A stretch of 63,474 nucleotides of DNA, counting the filler, from Reticulomyxa filosa (taxonomy: Eukaryota > Protista > Foraminifera), in NCBI GenBank assembly GCA_000512085.1. It is 14 parts of 14 records of this genome, joined end to end, with 100 filler letters (N's around TTAATTAATTAA, not from the genome) between each part and the next. Parts side by side here need not be neighbours in the genome. Positions count along the whole stretch, not along the records: positions 36,861 to 41,956 come from ASPP01004628.1; positions 42,057 to 49,581 come from ASPP01049511.1; positions 49,682 to 52,054 come from ASPP01038590.1; 11 more parts are not named here. One strand, given 5' to 3'. Of this stretch, positions 36,892 to 50,949 are shown in pieces. Positions within the stretch are counted from its first letter, which is position 1. Each line of letters starts with the position of its first letter. The notes below the pieces were generated by a model, which searched no databases, had not been told where the DNA came from, and saw only the letters and a program-made list of their open reading frames with translations. Both the position numbers and the translations under genes were made by a program.

Positions 36892-37926
36892 CTACATGCC
36901 CTTACTTAAAAGCCGATCGTTTTTATTGCGTTTCATGGAATAAAAAAGATTTGGCTGATGGTGCATATATTGCAAAAGCAATGATATGAAAAAAAACAAA
37001 GCAAAAAAAAAAGAAAACAATGGACTTTTACCATGAGAAGCAAATTTCATTCTTTTCGGCGGCGACATAAACATATCGATACTTTGTGACATAGTACCAA
37101 TGTCCGAGGTTTCCATTTTGCTGCGATTTCGCTTTTTATTTTGTGGTTTGGTCGGGAACACCAACTGTATTTGTTGATCGTTGCATTGTGTTGGATTGGT
37201 AGTTGTCTCATTTTTGCAATTGGCGCTTTTTGTTGATTGCTTTTCTTTTTTTTTCTCGTTTGTCTGTTCGGTACAATCGTCATTTCCATTGATTTTCGTC
37301 TCCACTTCCTCCGTTATGTCTTTCTTCTTGTCTTCATCTTCATTTTTCTTTGGCTCATTTCTTTCTTTCTGTGTTGCTTTCGTTTCGTTTGATTCCGTGT
37401 CCTTGTTTGCGCTTTTTTCATTTTCATTCTTGCTTGCCAATATTGGATTGGTTACTGTTGCCACTGTTGCCACTGTTGCTATTGAGTTGTCTCGCTCTGG
37501 CTTCATTTGTGGTTGCTTTATTTCTAATTGCTTTAATTCTGATTGCTTTGTTTCGGATTGCCTTATTTCTGGTTGCCTTATTTCTGCTTCCTTTATTTCT
37601 GCTTCCTGTGTTATTGCCGATTTCTGCATTATTTGTGTTGCTTGAATAGTCGGAACTACGTCACTATTAATTGGTAATGAACACTTGTAATATTCTTGAT
37701 ATATAAGCAACTTTCGAACATTGGTTTGCTTTTGAGGTAGCAATGTCTCAATTTTCGCTTCCCCTGTTGGTTTTGGATCTTCCAGGAGTTTGGCCCTCAC
37801 AAGCTGTTTCTCTCCAGGGTCATAAACCCTCAACATATCATCTTTTTTTAGAGTGAGAATCCAGGACTTTACATTGTCTGTCTCTCTAGACTTAGTGTTG
37901 TCGTTCATGTGCTGAAATTCTTCCAA
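36892..37926 (-). CDS. Hypothetical protein with charged low-complexity region
   Basis: 344-aa ORF; N-terminal SWILTLKKDDMLRVYD may be Tudor/SH3-like; pentapeptide repeats (EAEIK/QSETK). Confidence 0.55.
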   Translation of the reverse strand: MEEFQHMNDNTKSRETDNVKSWILTLKKDDMLRVYDPGEKQLVRAKLLEDPKPTGEAKIETLLPQKQTNVRKLLIYQEYYKCSLPINSDVVPTIQATQIMQKSAITQEAEIKEAEIRQPEIRQSETKQSELKQLEIKQPQMKPERDNSIATVATVATVTNPILASKNENEKSANKDTESNETKATQKERNEPKKNEDEDKKKDITEEVETKINGNDDCTEQTNEKKKEKQSTKSANCKNETTTNPTQCNDQQIQLVFPTKPQNKKRNRSKMETSDIGTMSQSIDMFMSPPKRMKFASHGKSPLFSFFFALFFFISLLLQYMHHQPNLFYSMKRNKNDRLLSKGM

Positions 37927-38450
37927 CCTAAATTGTTATTTCCAATTCAAAATCGACCCTTGAGACCGTGCACGATCAAGTGCCCACCACGAGTCAACTA
38001 GTAATGGAAGTTTCCATATTTATTAAGCAACAAAATTGCTACAATGGAAGCACCAAAACAATATACACATAGAAAACTACAAAAAAATAATGTACAAGAA
38101 AACAATAGTCGTAATCCAAGTCCAAACTAACACAAGACGCAATAAAAATGCTAAACAAATGACAAATAAGTTTGATTAAAAAGACCAAAGAACCAACGAC
38201 AAAATGTCCTTTATATGATTGCAGTATTTTGGAAAATCTTTCTGTAAGTTCCAAAAAAAAAATTGAAAGAATCATTTGAACTCTCTATTCTAGATGACAA
38301 CAAAAAACGATTGGAAAGCATTTATATCAACACTCTCAAATGGGCCATTAAATGTTTTATCTCTTCAATCATCTTTATTTCCAACGTCAAGAACGAAAGC
38401 GGACCAGTTGAAAAATTTTCCTACTGTCCTTTGGTTGTGTAGGTGTCTTT

Positions 38451-39930
38451 TTGTATGAGAATCAGTCAGAGGGGTGGGGTGGAAAAAAGTGCAGAAGGCG
38501 TGTGCTGTTGGTAAATGACCCTCGATTTGTGGATACCAATATTGCCACGTACTTAATGACGACATTGCGAATAGCAGGATTTACGATTGAACTGTGTCGG
38601 CACATCCCCACAAAGCCCGACACATGGTCAATCGAGCAAAAGGAAGCAAAAGAAAAGGAGAAAAAAAAAGAAGAAAAAGAAGAGGAGGGCCTGTTTTCAA
38701 ATTCAGAAATAAGTTGGTTTGAACAAAGCAAAACAGGTTATGATTGTATATTAATCCCACCACAAACCAATGGTTCATTGTGGAGCGAACTGTCAGCAGA
38801 TTCACAAATGAATTTATTCCATTTTGTGCACCGCCATGGCAAAGTCATAGTGTTGCTCCACTTCCACGGCTGTGAAATAGCAAATGGGATTTTGCAACTC
38901 GAAAGAGAGAGCAAAGACACATTGACAGCAAATATGGTCCAAACAACGGACAACAAAACGAATGACGACTCGAGCATTGCTCGAACGACAACTCCAATCA
39001 CTCCCACACACAATGATGACGCCATGCTATGGCATGAAACGTCAGTTCGATTGGGACCTTCACAGATCAATACGATTGCTCCCAAAACACGTATACTCAA
39101 AAACATTTATTGTCCAGAGACCATAAGTGACGTCTACAAACAATGTCATACATTGAATGCTCCCATTTTGACCAGCAGAGCGCCAAGGATGTTACCGGCA
39201 GTCAATTGCGTCTTAGGAATGTTGAGAGTTCCGAATGATTGTGTTTGTTTTAAGTTAACTTTTTTGTCACTGTGTATGTGTGTGTGTGTGGATGAGAGCA
39301 CATAACATTATCCGTCTTCTCTTCGATGTTCACAGAACCAACGATGATTTCACCACTGTGGCTGTTAAACAAATCGGAAATGGCAGTATTGCGGTCTTGG
39401 GTCATGACTTTAGCGAAATTCTGATCAAGGATTGGAATCGTGTTTTGTTCCTAGCACTCCGACAACAGTTGGTGTTGAAAAATGGTGAAGAACCCAATCT
39501 TTTGTCTTTGGACCATGTAAATATTGATGCCATCAAACGCTTGAACATTGCCAGTACATCAACTCACAATGACTTTGATGTCCAATTTGATGACGAAACT
39601 ACCGAGTCTACTTTCCCTGTGGAGGAAAACTCCGCTCATGTGTCAAATCCAAGTGGTCACACCAACTCTGCTCCGTCGGGCACACACTCCATCAATTTTG
39701 ACGAATTTGATATCGCTTTGGAAAATGATGTTTCCGATGACATACTGCCAAACTGTATGTTATCCATTTCACTAGTGGAAGTTGTAAGAGACATTTATTT
39801 GCTGTGTGTATGTTTTTTAAAAGCTTCACAAGGCTTGACAGAGAACGAAAAACCATCCAGTGATGCGAATCAGAACGACAAAACAAGTCAACATACAAAC
39901 GATACAACAGAGGACATAAACAAATCGTAA
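38451..39930 (+). CDS. Hypothetical protein, possibly class I glutamine-amidotransferase-like (ThuA/DUF4350-type) fold
   Basis: YDCILIP...QMNLFHFVHRHGKVIVL and VAVKQIGNGSIAVLGHDF...WNRVL patterns across two long exons; true start may lie further upstream. Confidence 0.45.
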
Positions 39931-40387
39931 CTATCTTCAAATCGAGTTCATCTAGCCACTCAATATTCTCTTTCTTGTCTTTCTTTCTTAACTTGGATTG
40001 AACTTTTTTATTTTTTTCCACATTTTCAAAAATTGTTCAATTTTTGTTATTCACTTGCAAGGCAATTTCAATGTATTCTTTGTCACAATTTTTTGTACCT
40101 CTTTTTTTTAAGGTCAAGCTAACTGTTATTTCTAAATAAAACGACACGTCACTCATTTGCTATTATTCTTTTGGGTGTCAATTCTAAACGCTGAATCCCG
40201 CATGCTACTAAACAGAACTACAACAACGAAAAAACTGGGCTCAAGAAACGTGTAACTATAGTTGTTGGTTCTAAAATCAAGTAAAAACACCAAGTCAAAT
40301 CAAAAAACACTCAATTTAGCAACGCTGACAACTTTTTACTTCCGGACCAAGTTACTTGGAAAATCTTGCAAGTCCCTTGTATCGATA

Positions 40388-41149
40388 ATGGTATCATATG
40401 AAGAATGTTTTGATTTAAAAGATATGGCAGATCCTTTGTGTGCAAATTTTTGCAGACAAAGCATGCAACATTGGTATATATACTATTTGATGACTGTAGT
40501 GTGTATTGTTGGGACACTAGTAATGACAATGATATTGTTTAAATCAAACTGGACATTTCGCATTTTATCGTATTGGACATGGGTGCAATTGATATCATTT
40601 TTGTGTCAAATAGCCAATGACGACAACAGTTTGTATGTGTACTTGGAAGAAAATAGAACAAAACACGTATACACAAAAGAGGAAGCTCCAAAAAAAAAAA
40701 AATTATATTAATGTAAAACAATAGAAAGTTTGGCGAATGAATTATTTATGTTTCTGTCAGTGACGCGTTTAGATTTTCCAGGGTGGAAATTCGACTGTAG
40801 AGATTGGTTATATAATTATGAATTAGAAAGTGTATGTTTGTTGTTTGTAATAATATATATGATATTCTGGACGTCGTTGTATATCAACAATCAACTGTAC
40901 ATAATCGATCCAAACCCCGACCCCAATTGTATTTGTCAAAGCCATAGCATACATTTTTGTGAGATACCACTGCAATGGTGTGAGAGTAAAGATTTGTGGT
41001 TGAAGCACGAGCACTGGAAGGCATTTCTGTATCAGCAAAGAAAGTATGTGCAATCGCAGAGGCAAATGTTATTTAAACCCGATCCAAATGCAGAGGATGT
41101 ATTATCTCCTGAAAGAGAGAGAGAATACGACACTGTTTATGGCAGTTGA
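40388..41149 (+). CDS. Hypothetical multi-pass membrane protein
   Basis: Hydrophobic segments YIYYLMTVVCIVGTLVMTMILF, ILSYWTWVQLISFLC and VCLLFVIIYMIFWTSLYI in two ORFs joined by a probable intron. Confidence 0.55.
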
Positions 41150-41343
41150 TATTTTTAAAACAGTTTATTTGTTTTGTTTTGACACCTCTTCCTCCTTTTT
41201 TTTTTTGATTGGTCGTTCTGTTCCCTTTTTTTTTTTCCTTGCAAGAACTTTTTTTACTGAAAAAAAAGAAAAACTACAAATAATATGAGCAAACAAACGA
41301 ATGGAAATGAACAGGTGGATGCGATCTGAGTATATCACCTCAC

Positions 41344-41956
41344 ATGTCCCCATTGGCACCAATGATCCATGCGACCTCTCAGAACCAGACATTGACCCGC
41401 AATAGTGTAGAGAACGACTTGGCGTTGTCGGCAAATCTATCGAACACTCCAAATCACAATGGCGAAGAGGGCAATAAGACAATAGTGACGAAGAGCTCGT
41501 TGGTAAATCCAACGATAAAAGTGGAAGAACACAAAATACCGATGGAAATGACGTGTAATATCAATGGCAATGGCAACTTATCTCATGACAAAACAAAGAG
41601 GGAGGCGACGTCAATGAAACAAATGACTCGAAATGGAATTGTCATTCACCCACTGGTGGAAGACAAAGTAAGCAAAGTGAATAAAGCCAAAAAAAAAGCG
41701 GACATTCAAAAGAACAATGCACCAATGGTATTGTTGCCAAAGATCACTGAGTTCAGCAACAGCAACAGTAAAAGCACAAGTAACAGTCAGAGCAAAAGCA
41801 GTATCCACAGTAATAATGAAGGCAAGAGGACAGAATTCCTCAACCCCCCGACGTTGGGCAGACAGTTGGCCCGACAGAGCGACATCAAGAGTCGTCATAG
41901 TGAAGATGATAATAAGAGAGAGGTTGATGATGAGGAGGAAGAGAACAATGACAATG
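41344..41956 (+). CDS. Hypothetical disordered protein, 3'-truncated
   Basis: ORF of over 200 aa, S/N/K-rich, runs into the linker. Confidence 0.45.
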
Positions 41957-44099
41957 NNNNNNNNNNNNNNNNNNNNNNNNNNNNNNNNNNNNNNNNNNNN
42001 TTAATTAATTAANNNNNNNNNNNNNNNNNNNNNNNNNNNNNNNNNNNNNNNNNNNNAAAAGTGAAAGAATAATCGAATTACATGGTATACTGTCTGACGA
42101 GATATGTTTTTTAAAGAAATAAGCAACCTTTTCCCTCTGCTGCATTCCACTTTGGACTCTCCATATCCAATTCAAATCAACCAATCACTACGAAGAGTGC
42201 AAGAGCATGATATTCAAACGCAAAAACTGGTGTGCATATGCCACAAACCTTTGCAAAGGTCTAAATCTTTTTCGTATGGTCATTATAGCAATCTCATGTT
42301 ATCCGGCACGGTCTTTGTATGTATATTTTACCCGATTCATCAACTTTCTGCTATTGCCCAACAAAATCTACTTCCTTCTGATCTGCTTATCGTCATGTGT
42401 GTACCACTTATTTGCAATGCTTTTTGCACACATCTTACTTCAATTTTGTGTGCATATTACTTTTTGAATAACTATCAATTGTTTTGTTTAATTCGAATCG
42501 CCTTTTATCAGCACAAGCTTGTTCGTTCCAGTTTTAAGTTTTTTTCATTCTTTTCCATAAGAATGATATCGCACAATGAAACTTGCCGATAATGGAAATA
42601 ATAATGATATTGAAATTATCTTGTACAGAGGAATTCACAAAGCACATTCACAATAAAATATGTGAGTGGAAGCAATCATCAGTGCCATTTATTACTTTTC
42701 TTGTTGACAATATTTATGTATTTCAAAAAGATCAATTTCAATTTATTAAACACGCCATTTTGTCAGTCCGTGGTGCATATTTTCCTGATTTGTATTCAAA
42801 TCTGAAATGAGGTTAAAGAGATAATTGAAAATAAAAAGGAAAAAGAGGATGAATAATTCTATTTTATAACAATCGAAAATTTTTGTTAGAATGGCAAAGA
42901 CAATAGTGATTTGAATTGTCTGAATTACAAAATATAAAAAAAAAACAAAGTGTTATAAAATGCATACAATTTCAGACATTAAAAAGAACCATTGTATGCA
43001 AAAATAATATTTAAAGATTGTGGCAATGTTCATATGCATCCCAAGGTCGTCGTATGTTATTTGCTTTGCTTCTGCTAGCAGGCTTTGCAAACTTGGTGAT
43101 GATGCAATCGAAAGCATTTTTGGTAGCCGATACAAGAAGCGACGAGATAGAAGATACGTTGATATAATAGTGGCTCCAGACTAGGCCATGGCATCGACGT
43201 CATCTCAAATGCTCAATGGTGATAATGGCAACGAAACGGACTCAATATCAATGGAAATCGATTGGAGGCAGTTTTCGTGGCCATGTTTTTTTGGATCTAA
43301 TGACTTTGTCATTGTTTATGTTGGGCTGTCGCTTTGTCTCGAGTATGGATGGAGGCAAGCGACCAGCATTGCTTCAACAAAAAATGATTGGTTGCGTTCG
43401 TGTCTGTGGTGTTAATGTATTTTGTGAGATGGAGTAATCCTTGGAGATACAGGCCATCATTCATTAGTTATTACTGCAATGATGAGACGTGTATTGATAG
43501 TTTGCACGAATTGTGAGAGGGATGGATATCATTTTCTTGACTCAGATTTCGCCTTGGAAAATATTCACAATTTGTTTTTGATTGAGTGGAAGTTGCACTC
43601 CCGATATCGTAGACGGATTGATATTGTTTTCCGACCCAGCCTCTTCATGCGTCTTTCCATTGACACTATTCGCTATTGTTCATGTTGTTTTCATGGAAGG
43701 GTCGCTATATTATTTTCTGATCACAAATTTTCTTTGCAGTCTTTGTAATGCCTCCGTTTTCACCAAGACAGCACTATTTGCTTCAACATTTCTGCACATC
43801 CTCTTTTTCTTCTTCATATACAGTTCCACCATTTGCACCGCCTATGGATTTAACGTATTCTAGTTGTTATAAAAACAAAACAAAAACAACAAATTAATTC
43901 GAATTGTTTAGAAAGAAAGAAAAAAATAATCAATGTATTTTTAACTTTAACCTTCTTTCAAATGCATTCAAATTAAGCAGGCCAACCATTTTCTGTCAAT
44001 CTTACTTGACGATAACCACAATTTTTTTTACATCGAAAAAACAATTCAATCATCAATCAAATTGCAGTACTATTTTCCACCAAGTCAACGCGAAAGTCA

Positions 44100-46350
44100 T
44101 ATCAACTACATCTTGGAATATTTTCGTGCATCTTTGGTGTGTCAATATGGGAGTCACACACAGCGTAATTATCAATACACGTAAAATGAAGCAACAAATA
44201 TTTGACCGAATAATGCGCATTAACTAGTTGAATTGAATCGAGTAAAAATAGTGGGCGCTAATTTGAGTGTTATCGTATGATTATAAACACATAACAATTC
44301 ATTGTCAATTGTGTTTCTTTTCTGTACATATTATCCCATAACCACTCAAAGTATTGGTGAAACGAATTTATTGTATCACCCTCTTCATTCACATTATCTT
44401 CTTGCCTCTCTCTAAATAGCTCACACTTCTTGCACGATTCATTGTCAAATGTCATAATCCATTTGCCTCAATACTACTTGTCCGTATGTTTGCTTCATAC
44501 TTTTTCTTTTCTTCTTCACTTCTTCTTTTTCTTCCTCCTCTTCCTCCTTTAATTACAAACATACAATTAGATAATCAATGTTCACACTGTTTTAGTTAAG
44601 ATATATCACAACAACTGAAAATATGATAAAAATAGCATACACCTTCAGATAAAGCTGCTGTCCTCCGTGCTTGGTTGGCATTTGTCCTTTTGTATGTCCT
44701 TCTTTTGATTATCCTGGAGTTGATGGATGCATTTTCTGTCTTGAATTCGGGTAATAACAGGATTGCGTACCATGGGGAATTCTCCACAGAATATACATTT
44801 ACTTGAACACTTCCTCTTTTCTTTGTCGCTCGCACTTACATTTGTCAAAGCTCTACTGGAACTATCTTTCCTGGACTGTGTGCATTATATTCATTGATTT
44901 GTGCACTTACACAAACAATCCACTTTTGAGCTGTGATTGCAATAGACCAAAGAAACATCAAGTTGAACAACGGTATAATTGCGCTGCATCTGTTCATAGA
45001 TTCGATCCATATTATCTTTGTAATTTTTGATGATGACTTATGATATGTATAATATTTTGAGATTGGAAATGTAATTTTGAGTTGTTCCTTGGGTGCCAAA
45101 CGATCAATTCGTGCAGTCTATTCCAAGATTGATGAACATGATCAATTCACTCGTTTGCTAGCCCGTGTTAATATTTTGACTGGACATGTTCAATATTATA
45201 TGCATCAATACAATTTGTAGAGGAGGAGAATGCAATCAGCGTATTGCCGAAGGAGATCGGGTGGCTCACAAATAATGCCAATACTATCCGCATCCGAGGA
45301 TAAGACATTCAATGCTTCAATTCAAACCTTGGCTATTCATCCAAGATAGAGTCGGCAATGTATACGTGTTATATGCCGATTCTACTCTGGATAACTTGTT
45401 AATAATCTCAACGCTTTCATTTGAGCGATATTTTTTGTTGCTTCAAATCTATTTTCACAGGAATAGCGCACCAACTGGATATTATTCAAGAAAGAAAAAA
45501 GCATTCAATCAAGTACATACTTACTCCAAACTCACTTCGACCATTGATCTTTTTTCTCCATTTGACATGCGGAGCTTGATCTTGTGTTGTTTCGATATTG
45601 CATCTTGGAGGCAACGTCAAATTCTTAAGCACGAAATATCAATGACCTGACACTTGTTCGACTTGAAGATAAAAGTATTAAAACGTTAATACTTGTTTCA
45701 TCTTGTACGAACCTGCCAATGTACGGGAATATATATAACTAACTCCTTGGACAAATATGGTATAATTAACAGCAATTTCAAAGATTATTCCAGATGTATG
45801 TCCGTCCACACTCTATCAACAAAGTTATGGACGTAGTAGAACTTTAATTGCATCGATAATGATCCGGAATATCAAGTTGTTTACTTACCAACTTTGTTTG
45901 ATATGCGCATACAGATCAATTTTTGGATCGATGTAGTCGGATGATGCTGTCGTCACTGGTGGTCCGTGATTTTTTTTTTAATCCATGTTGGTCACAAAGA
46001 AAATCTTGTATGTTCATATCGTTCGTGTGTGGAAGCATCATATGAAAAATGGTTATATATTGCGAATGTATTGCAGTGGATGTTCAAGAAGTTAATAATG
46101 CAATTGATCAATGCGCAAACATAACCAACGATGTCATCATTTTATATATGCGTCAATCCAACCGCTGTTTCATTTTCTTCCACTTTATCACAAACGTCGA
46201 CACCTGTAATATTTTAGTGCAGAAATACCCATGCGCTGCAATTCATTATGCAGTAGTTTCAAAATACAAATAATTTGCTTTCAATGTCTTCTCATTGCCA
46301 AACTTCGATTTCTATAATATTCAACCACACCATATTCACACATACATTTT
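44100..46350 (-). pseudogene. Heavily degraded gene, possibly Sec1/Munc18-like
   Basis: Scattered colinear fragments (KANYLYF; IDPKIDLYAHI; DLLR...ILLLY; CYVFII; DSHIDTPK resembling GSTHILTP) amid many stops; weak by-eye similarity only. Confidence 0.25.
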
Positions 46351-48584
46351 TTTAAACAAACACACACAAAGAGAAAAACTTACTCAATCAATGTTGTTAT
46401 CCGCGCAGGATACAATCACTTTTCAAATTTAAAAAAATAATAAAAAATCAACTAATATAATTTTTTTCATTTATTAATTTTTTTCTTTTTCTTTCTTCTT
46501 TCATATAAAATGTCACCTTTTTTAATTTTTTTTTCAATCCCTTTTATCTGCTTTTTTCTTTACTTTTTCTTTTTTCCTTTTTCTTTTTATTCTCCCTTTT
46601 TTTTTTCTTATTACTACCTTTTTTTTTTCTTATTACTACCTTTTTTTCTTCTAATTTTTTTCTTTTATTATTCCATGTTCTTTTTTTCCCCCTTATTCTT
46701 AATTTCCTCACTTTTCCCACTACCTTTTCAATATAGATACCTATACTGCTACGTTTTTGTTGCACCTGACATAAATGTACACAAACAAACAAAGTTACGT
46801 TGTATTATTTTTTTAATAAACAAAAAAAAATATATTTATAACTATTACTTTGATCTTCATCGGCACCTATTTTTCTTTTTACTGTAAAGACACTGACAAT
46901 GTTTTTTTTTGGGGGGGGGGGAAAATAAATAAAGAAGTATACATATGTTTTTTTTCTTTGAAGGGGGAATCCTATTGAATCACACAAACACAACAACATT
47001 ACATAACAAAAGAATATCTATGTATGTATAAATAAATATAAATATAACAAACCATTTTTCCTCATTGAGGATACGGGGGTAGATTACAACCCCGATTTTT
47101 CTTTTGTGTGAAGGATATGGAGCATATAATTGTAACTGGCATTGCGGACGGGGGAACCTATGTTAAATAATACAAAACACTTAAACATATTTTTAAAAAA
47201 AGACAAATAAAACAAACATTTATTTCTCCTTTCGGAGACGGGGTTGTTTCTACCCCTTATTCTTTTTTCTTTTGGTCACAGCTGGTCCTATTTAAACAGC
47301 ACACGATATTTACAAGATGAACATAAATAAAAAAACAAGATATTACCTTCAATTGACGTTTTGCAATTGCACTTGCCATCTCGCATTGTCACAAAGCAAC
47401 ACGTTGAAAAAATCTTCTTCATTGTTTGCTGCCATCCACTTACCCCAGTCATTTGCGCCATCAATGCTCCATTTTATTCAATCTATACAAGCAACAATAA
47501 AAACATATCTTTACATTATTACAACAATAAAAATAAAAAATAACTTTACAAGACCACATAGGTCACATTTTGATTTGGAGGCTACTTGTGAGTTTGTTCA
47601 TTGCTATCAGCGAAGTTCTCCACAACTGGCTTACGATATTGTCAATGTTGGGCAGGAGCATGATCAGTGTGTAGATGTAGTTGCTTGTGTGAATGAATGC
47701 TGAGTGTTGAGTGCTTCTGGATAGACCATGCCTTGTGGAAAGTGGTCCTGCTGCACAAAAAAGGAGTTGCATCACCACTGACTTGCAATTCGATTGCTCG
47801 TCAGTTGTGTTATTGCACACATCCTACTTTGCGCCAACAGCGCCCTACCACATAAGGCCGGTGCTGATCCATGTAATGACGACTGACGTCCCATCAAAAC
47901 TTGCACCAGCAATTGTAGCTGGTCGGACCATGTGTCATTGTTGTCCTTGTCGTCCATGTCGTCCATGTCGCCAATGTTCCTTTTTTTTTTTGCGCCACAT
48001 CGTACGATATATACAAATTTTTTTTGTTGTTTTTTAAAAAAAAGTATTAAAAAAAAAAGAACCTAACATTGAAGTATCGGCAGCATTTCCAAAATGTTGA
48101 GCGCTAATTGGCTTGTGACTTGACGAATAGAGACTTGTTGATCCATGACAAAGTCGCGCATGTCGACGACAATATGGTGACGTTGGACTTTGAATAGATT
48201 TAGAATTGCCATTCGTTTTGATTGGAGCGCGATATGTTGGAAAGGCAGAATTGATTATATATATTATTAATAGCCAAATTCGGTGTTTGTGCAATCGTGG
48301 TACTGGAGCAATCTATCATAAGCCATGCACCAAATGTTATATGCATTCCTGGATGTCCAAGCCATATGCACACTTCACTCGACTTTGGTGCGCTTATTAT
48401 CATTATATCAACATCTACTTCAATACTCGCAAATATACTATGTTTTTGTTTTAAAAAAATTCATTTAAATCAAATCTACGATACATACAATCCATCCTCC
48501 ACCTTACCTTCTCTTGTTATACGTAAACCTCTCTTTTTTTATAAACTTTTTTTTCATATACTTTTTTTTTCTTAGATCTTTATG

Positions 48585-49019
48585 TCACTGTTGTTTAACT
48601 ATATTTTGGTTTGAAGTATGCAATGATATGCTCGAAGTTGGAAAAATATTCATGTATATATTCTTCTTGGACTGCATTGTTGAAATTTTGCTAATACGTA
48701 TACTTGCGTTTTTCAATTGCACCGATATTTTTGTTACGTTGTTACAGCCATGTGGACATTGCACGCATTTCCACACTTGGCTGACAGAGTGGTTGGCCAA
48801 CTTATTTAATGATAGCATTAATGTGCCCATGTAGTCTTGATGATTTGAATATATTGTGCAGCTTTCGTTTGAATTTTCTTTGGCCACATTGCTTGCACCT
48901 GACATCACCAGAACCGCAGTTAAGACTTGCAGTATTATCAATATAATTTCATATACCGACGATTGCTTCATTTTGCTGTTGAAGTAGACAAGCTTTGCGC
49001 TCAGTATTTTCTCTTCCAT
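48585..49019 (-). CDS. Hypothetical protein with signal/TM segment and CxxC motif
   Basis: IILIILQVLTAVLVMSGA followed by WKCVQCPHGC. Confidence 0.35.
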   Translation of the reverse strand: MEEKILSAKLVYFNSKMKQSSVYEIILIILQVLTAVLVMSGASNVAKENSNESCTIYSNHQDYMGTLMLSLNKLANHSVSQVWKCVQCPHGCNNVTKISVQLKNASIRISKISTMQSKKNIYMNIFPTSSISLHTSNQNIVKQQ

Positions 49020-49293
49020 TTGCTCCCCTTCTTACCAGGTACACTGAAGGACATCAAATGAGCAATAAAGCCACTTTAAGAGAAAAAAAATTTTGTGGCA
49101 AACGAGTACATTTATAAAACGTCAAATGAATGTCACACGATGTATAGAAATGACGAGTTTATTTGAGGAAGGACACACGTACAAAAAAATCTTAGTTAGA
49201 ATTGAAATAAGTGTAAATACGCATCCACAAAATAAAAAGAGTGCCAGAAAAATGAATGTATTGTTAACAACAATCCTTTTAGAAATGAGACCC

Positions 49294-49581
49294 CTATGAA
49301 GATAGTTTATCACTTAGCAAGCAATTCATCAATCTAAATTCTTCTTTTTCGCCAACAAATTTGAGATGACAAAATCCAGATTTTTTGAAACAGTTAAAAG
49401 CACTGTCATTGCTAGTGACAATCAATACGTACACACACGCAACAAAAGCACTCAAGTGTTGCACTGCTTTCCGAATCATTTGTGGTGACAAACCCTTCCC
49501 ACGATACTCGGGTGCACAATATACAGCAAAGATCCATCCAACATTGTGATCAGTTTCATTGCAAAATTCCATTTGTGGTGA
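49294..49581 (-). CDS. GNAT-family N-acetyltransferase, C-terminal part
   Basis: GWIFAVYCAPEYRGKGLS (acetyl-CoA binding motif A) and V..SNDSAFNCFKKSGF (motif B). Confidence 0.82.
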   Translation of the reverse strand, partial: SPQMEFCNETDHNVGWIFAVYCAPEYRGKGLSPQMIRKAVQHLSAFVACVYVLIVTSNDSAFNCFKKSGFCHLKFVGEKEEFRLMNCLLSDKLSS

Positions 49582-50949
49582 NNNNNNNNNNNNNNNNNNN
49601 NNNNNNNNNNNNNNNNNNNNNNNNNTTAATTAATTAANNNNNNNNNNNNNNNNNNNNNNNNNNNNNNNNNNNNNNNNNNNNTCTTCAATCTTCACTTGAC
49701 TTTGAAAATGCACAAACAATGTTTTTCATGATTGCGAAAACGTGTGTGCTTTCAATTTCTTCACAAATGCCTTCTCTTTTACTCCAATGAATTTCAGAAT
49801 TGTTGGACTTGTCTTGCAGAAATAATCTTTTTTTGTTTTCTTTCCTTCCATATATTTTCATCGTTCAGTTCCTCCTCTTCCTTATTCTCGGATAGATTTG
49901 GAACAATCATCACACCACTTTCAAGCAAACCAAGAAGAACAGCGAAAGAAAATAATAGTTTAAAGGCTTATGGAAGATCAAAGCCGAGTGGTAATCGATT
50001 GGTCATTGCCTAATCAAATTAATGATAATATGCAGTCGCATAGTCAAAGTGCAAGATCAGCCATTCATTCGATTAATAACGATGAAATAATGATTGACAA
50101 CGCAAATAAAAGAAGCCATCTGTCGAAATCAAACCGGTTGATCGAAGGAATTTGAAAAGATCAAAGCCAGGTGATGACAATATTGAAAACGAAATAATTA
50201 AATCAAAAAAGAAACAAAAGACCCAAATTTTACAAAGGGGTTTCATTTTATATCAAAAATCTTGATATTCGATCAAAAATTTTTGCAAGGGACGTCACAA
50301 TTCCTCAAAAAACTTTGTATCGCTTTTTTTGCGTCCTGGCTGATCGCGCCTTAATCTCCAAGTGATTGGCCTTTCAATAACAAAATTTCAATTAATATTC
50401 AAATTATTATTCCAATGATGGTTTCAATGAAAATTCCAAATTTTAACTAATTTCAAAATTAACTTCAAAACTTGAAAGATGTTTGTACCTTGACTTGTCC
50501 AACTTCAATTCCCTTCCAAAAACAACTTTTCAGCAAGTTGAAAATGATGATGATTAAGGGGTCTATATATATATATTTTTTAAAGACCAATGGTGGTCTT
50601 GAATTACAATAAATCGGCCTTTTTGGCCCTTTTTTCAATGAATTTTCCTTTATTCAAAGGAAAATTCAAATCAACAATGCAATCACTTCCAATCAAAACC
50701 AATGAGGAGGTCCAATAAAATGATGATTATCTCCAAAAATGACGCTGGACAGTCAAATTTTCCAATTGTACAAAAATTTACCAACTGGAAACTTCTTTGA
50801 TAATTTTCCTTCAATTGCAATACCACAATAAACTATCTTTCAAATGAACTTCAAATATCTATAGATATTGAAGTCAATAGTTGCCTGGTACTCAAATTTC
50901 CTTCAAAAAACAACTTTTTAAAAGGGGTATATAATTTTTTATTTTTATT

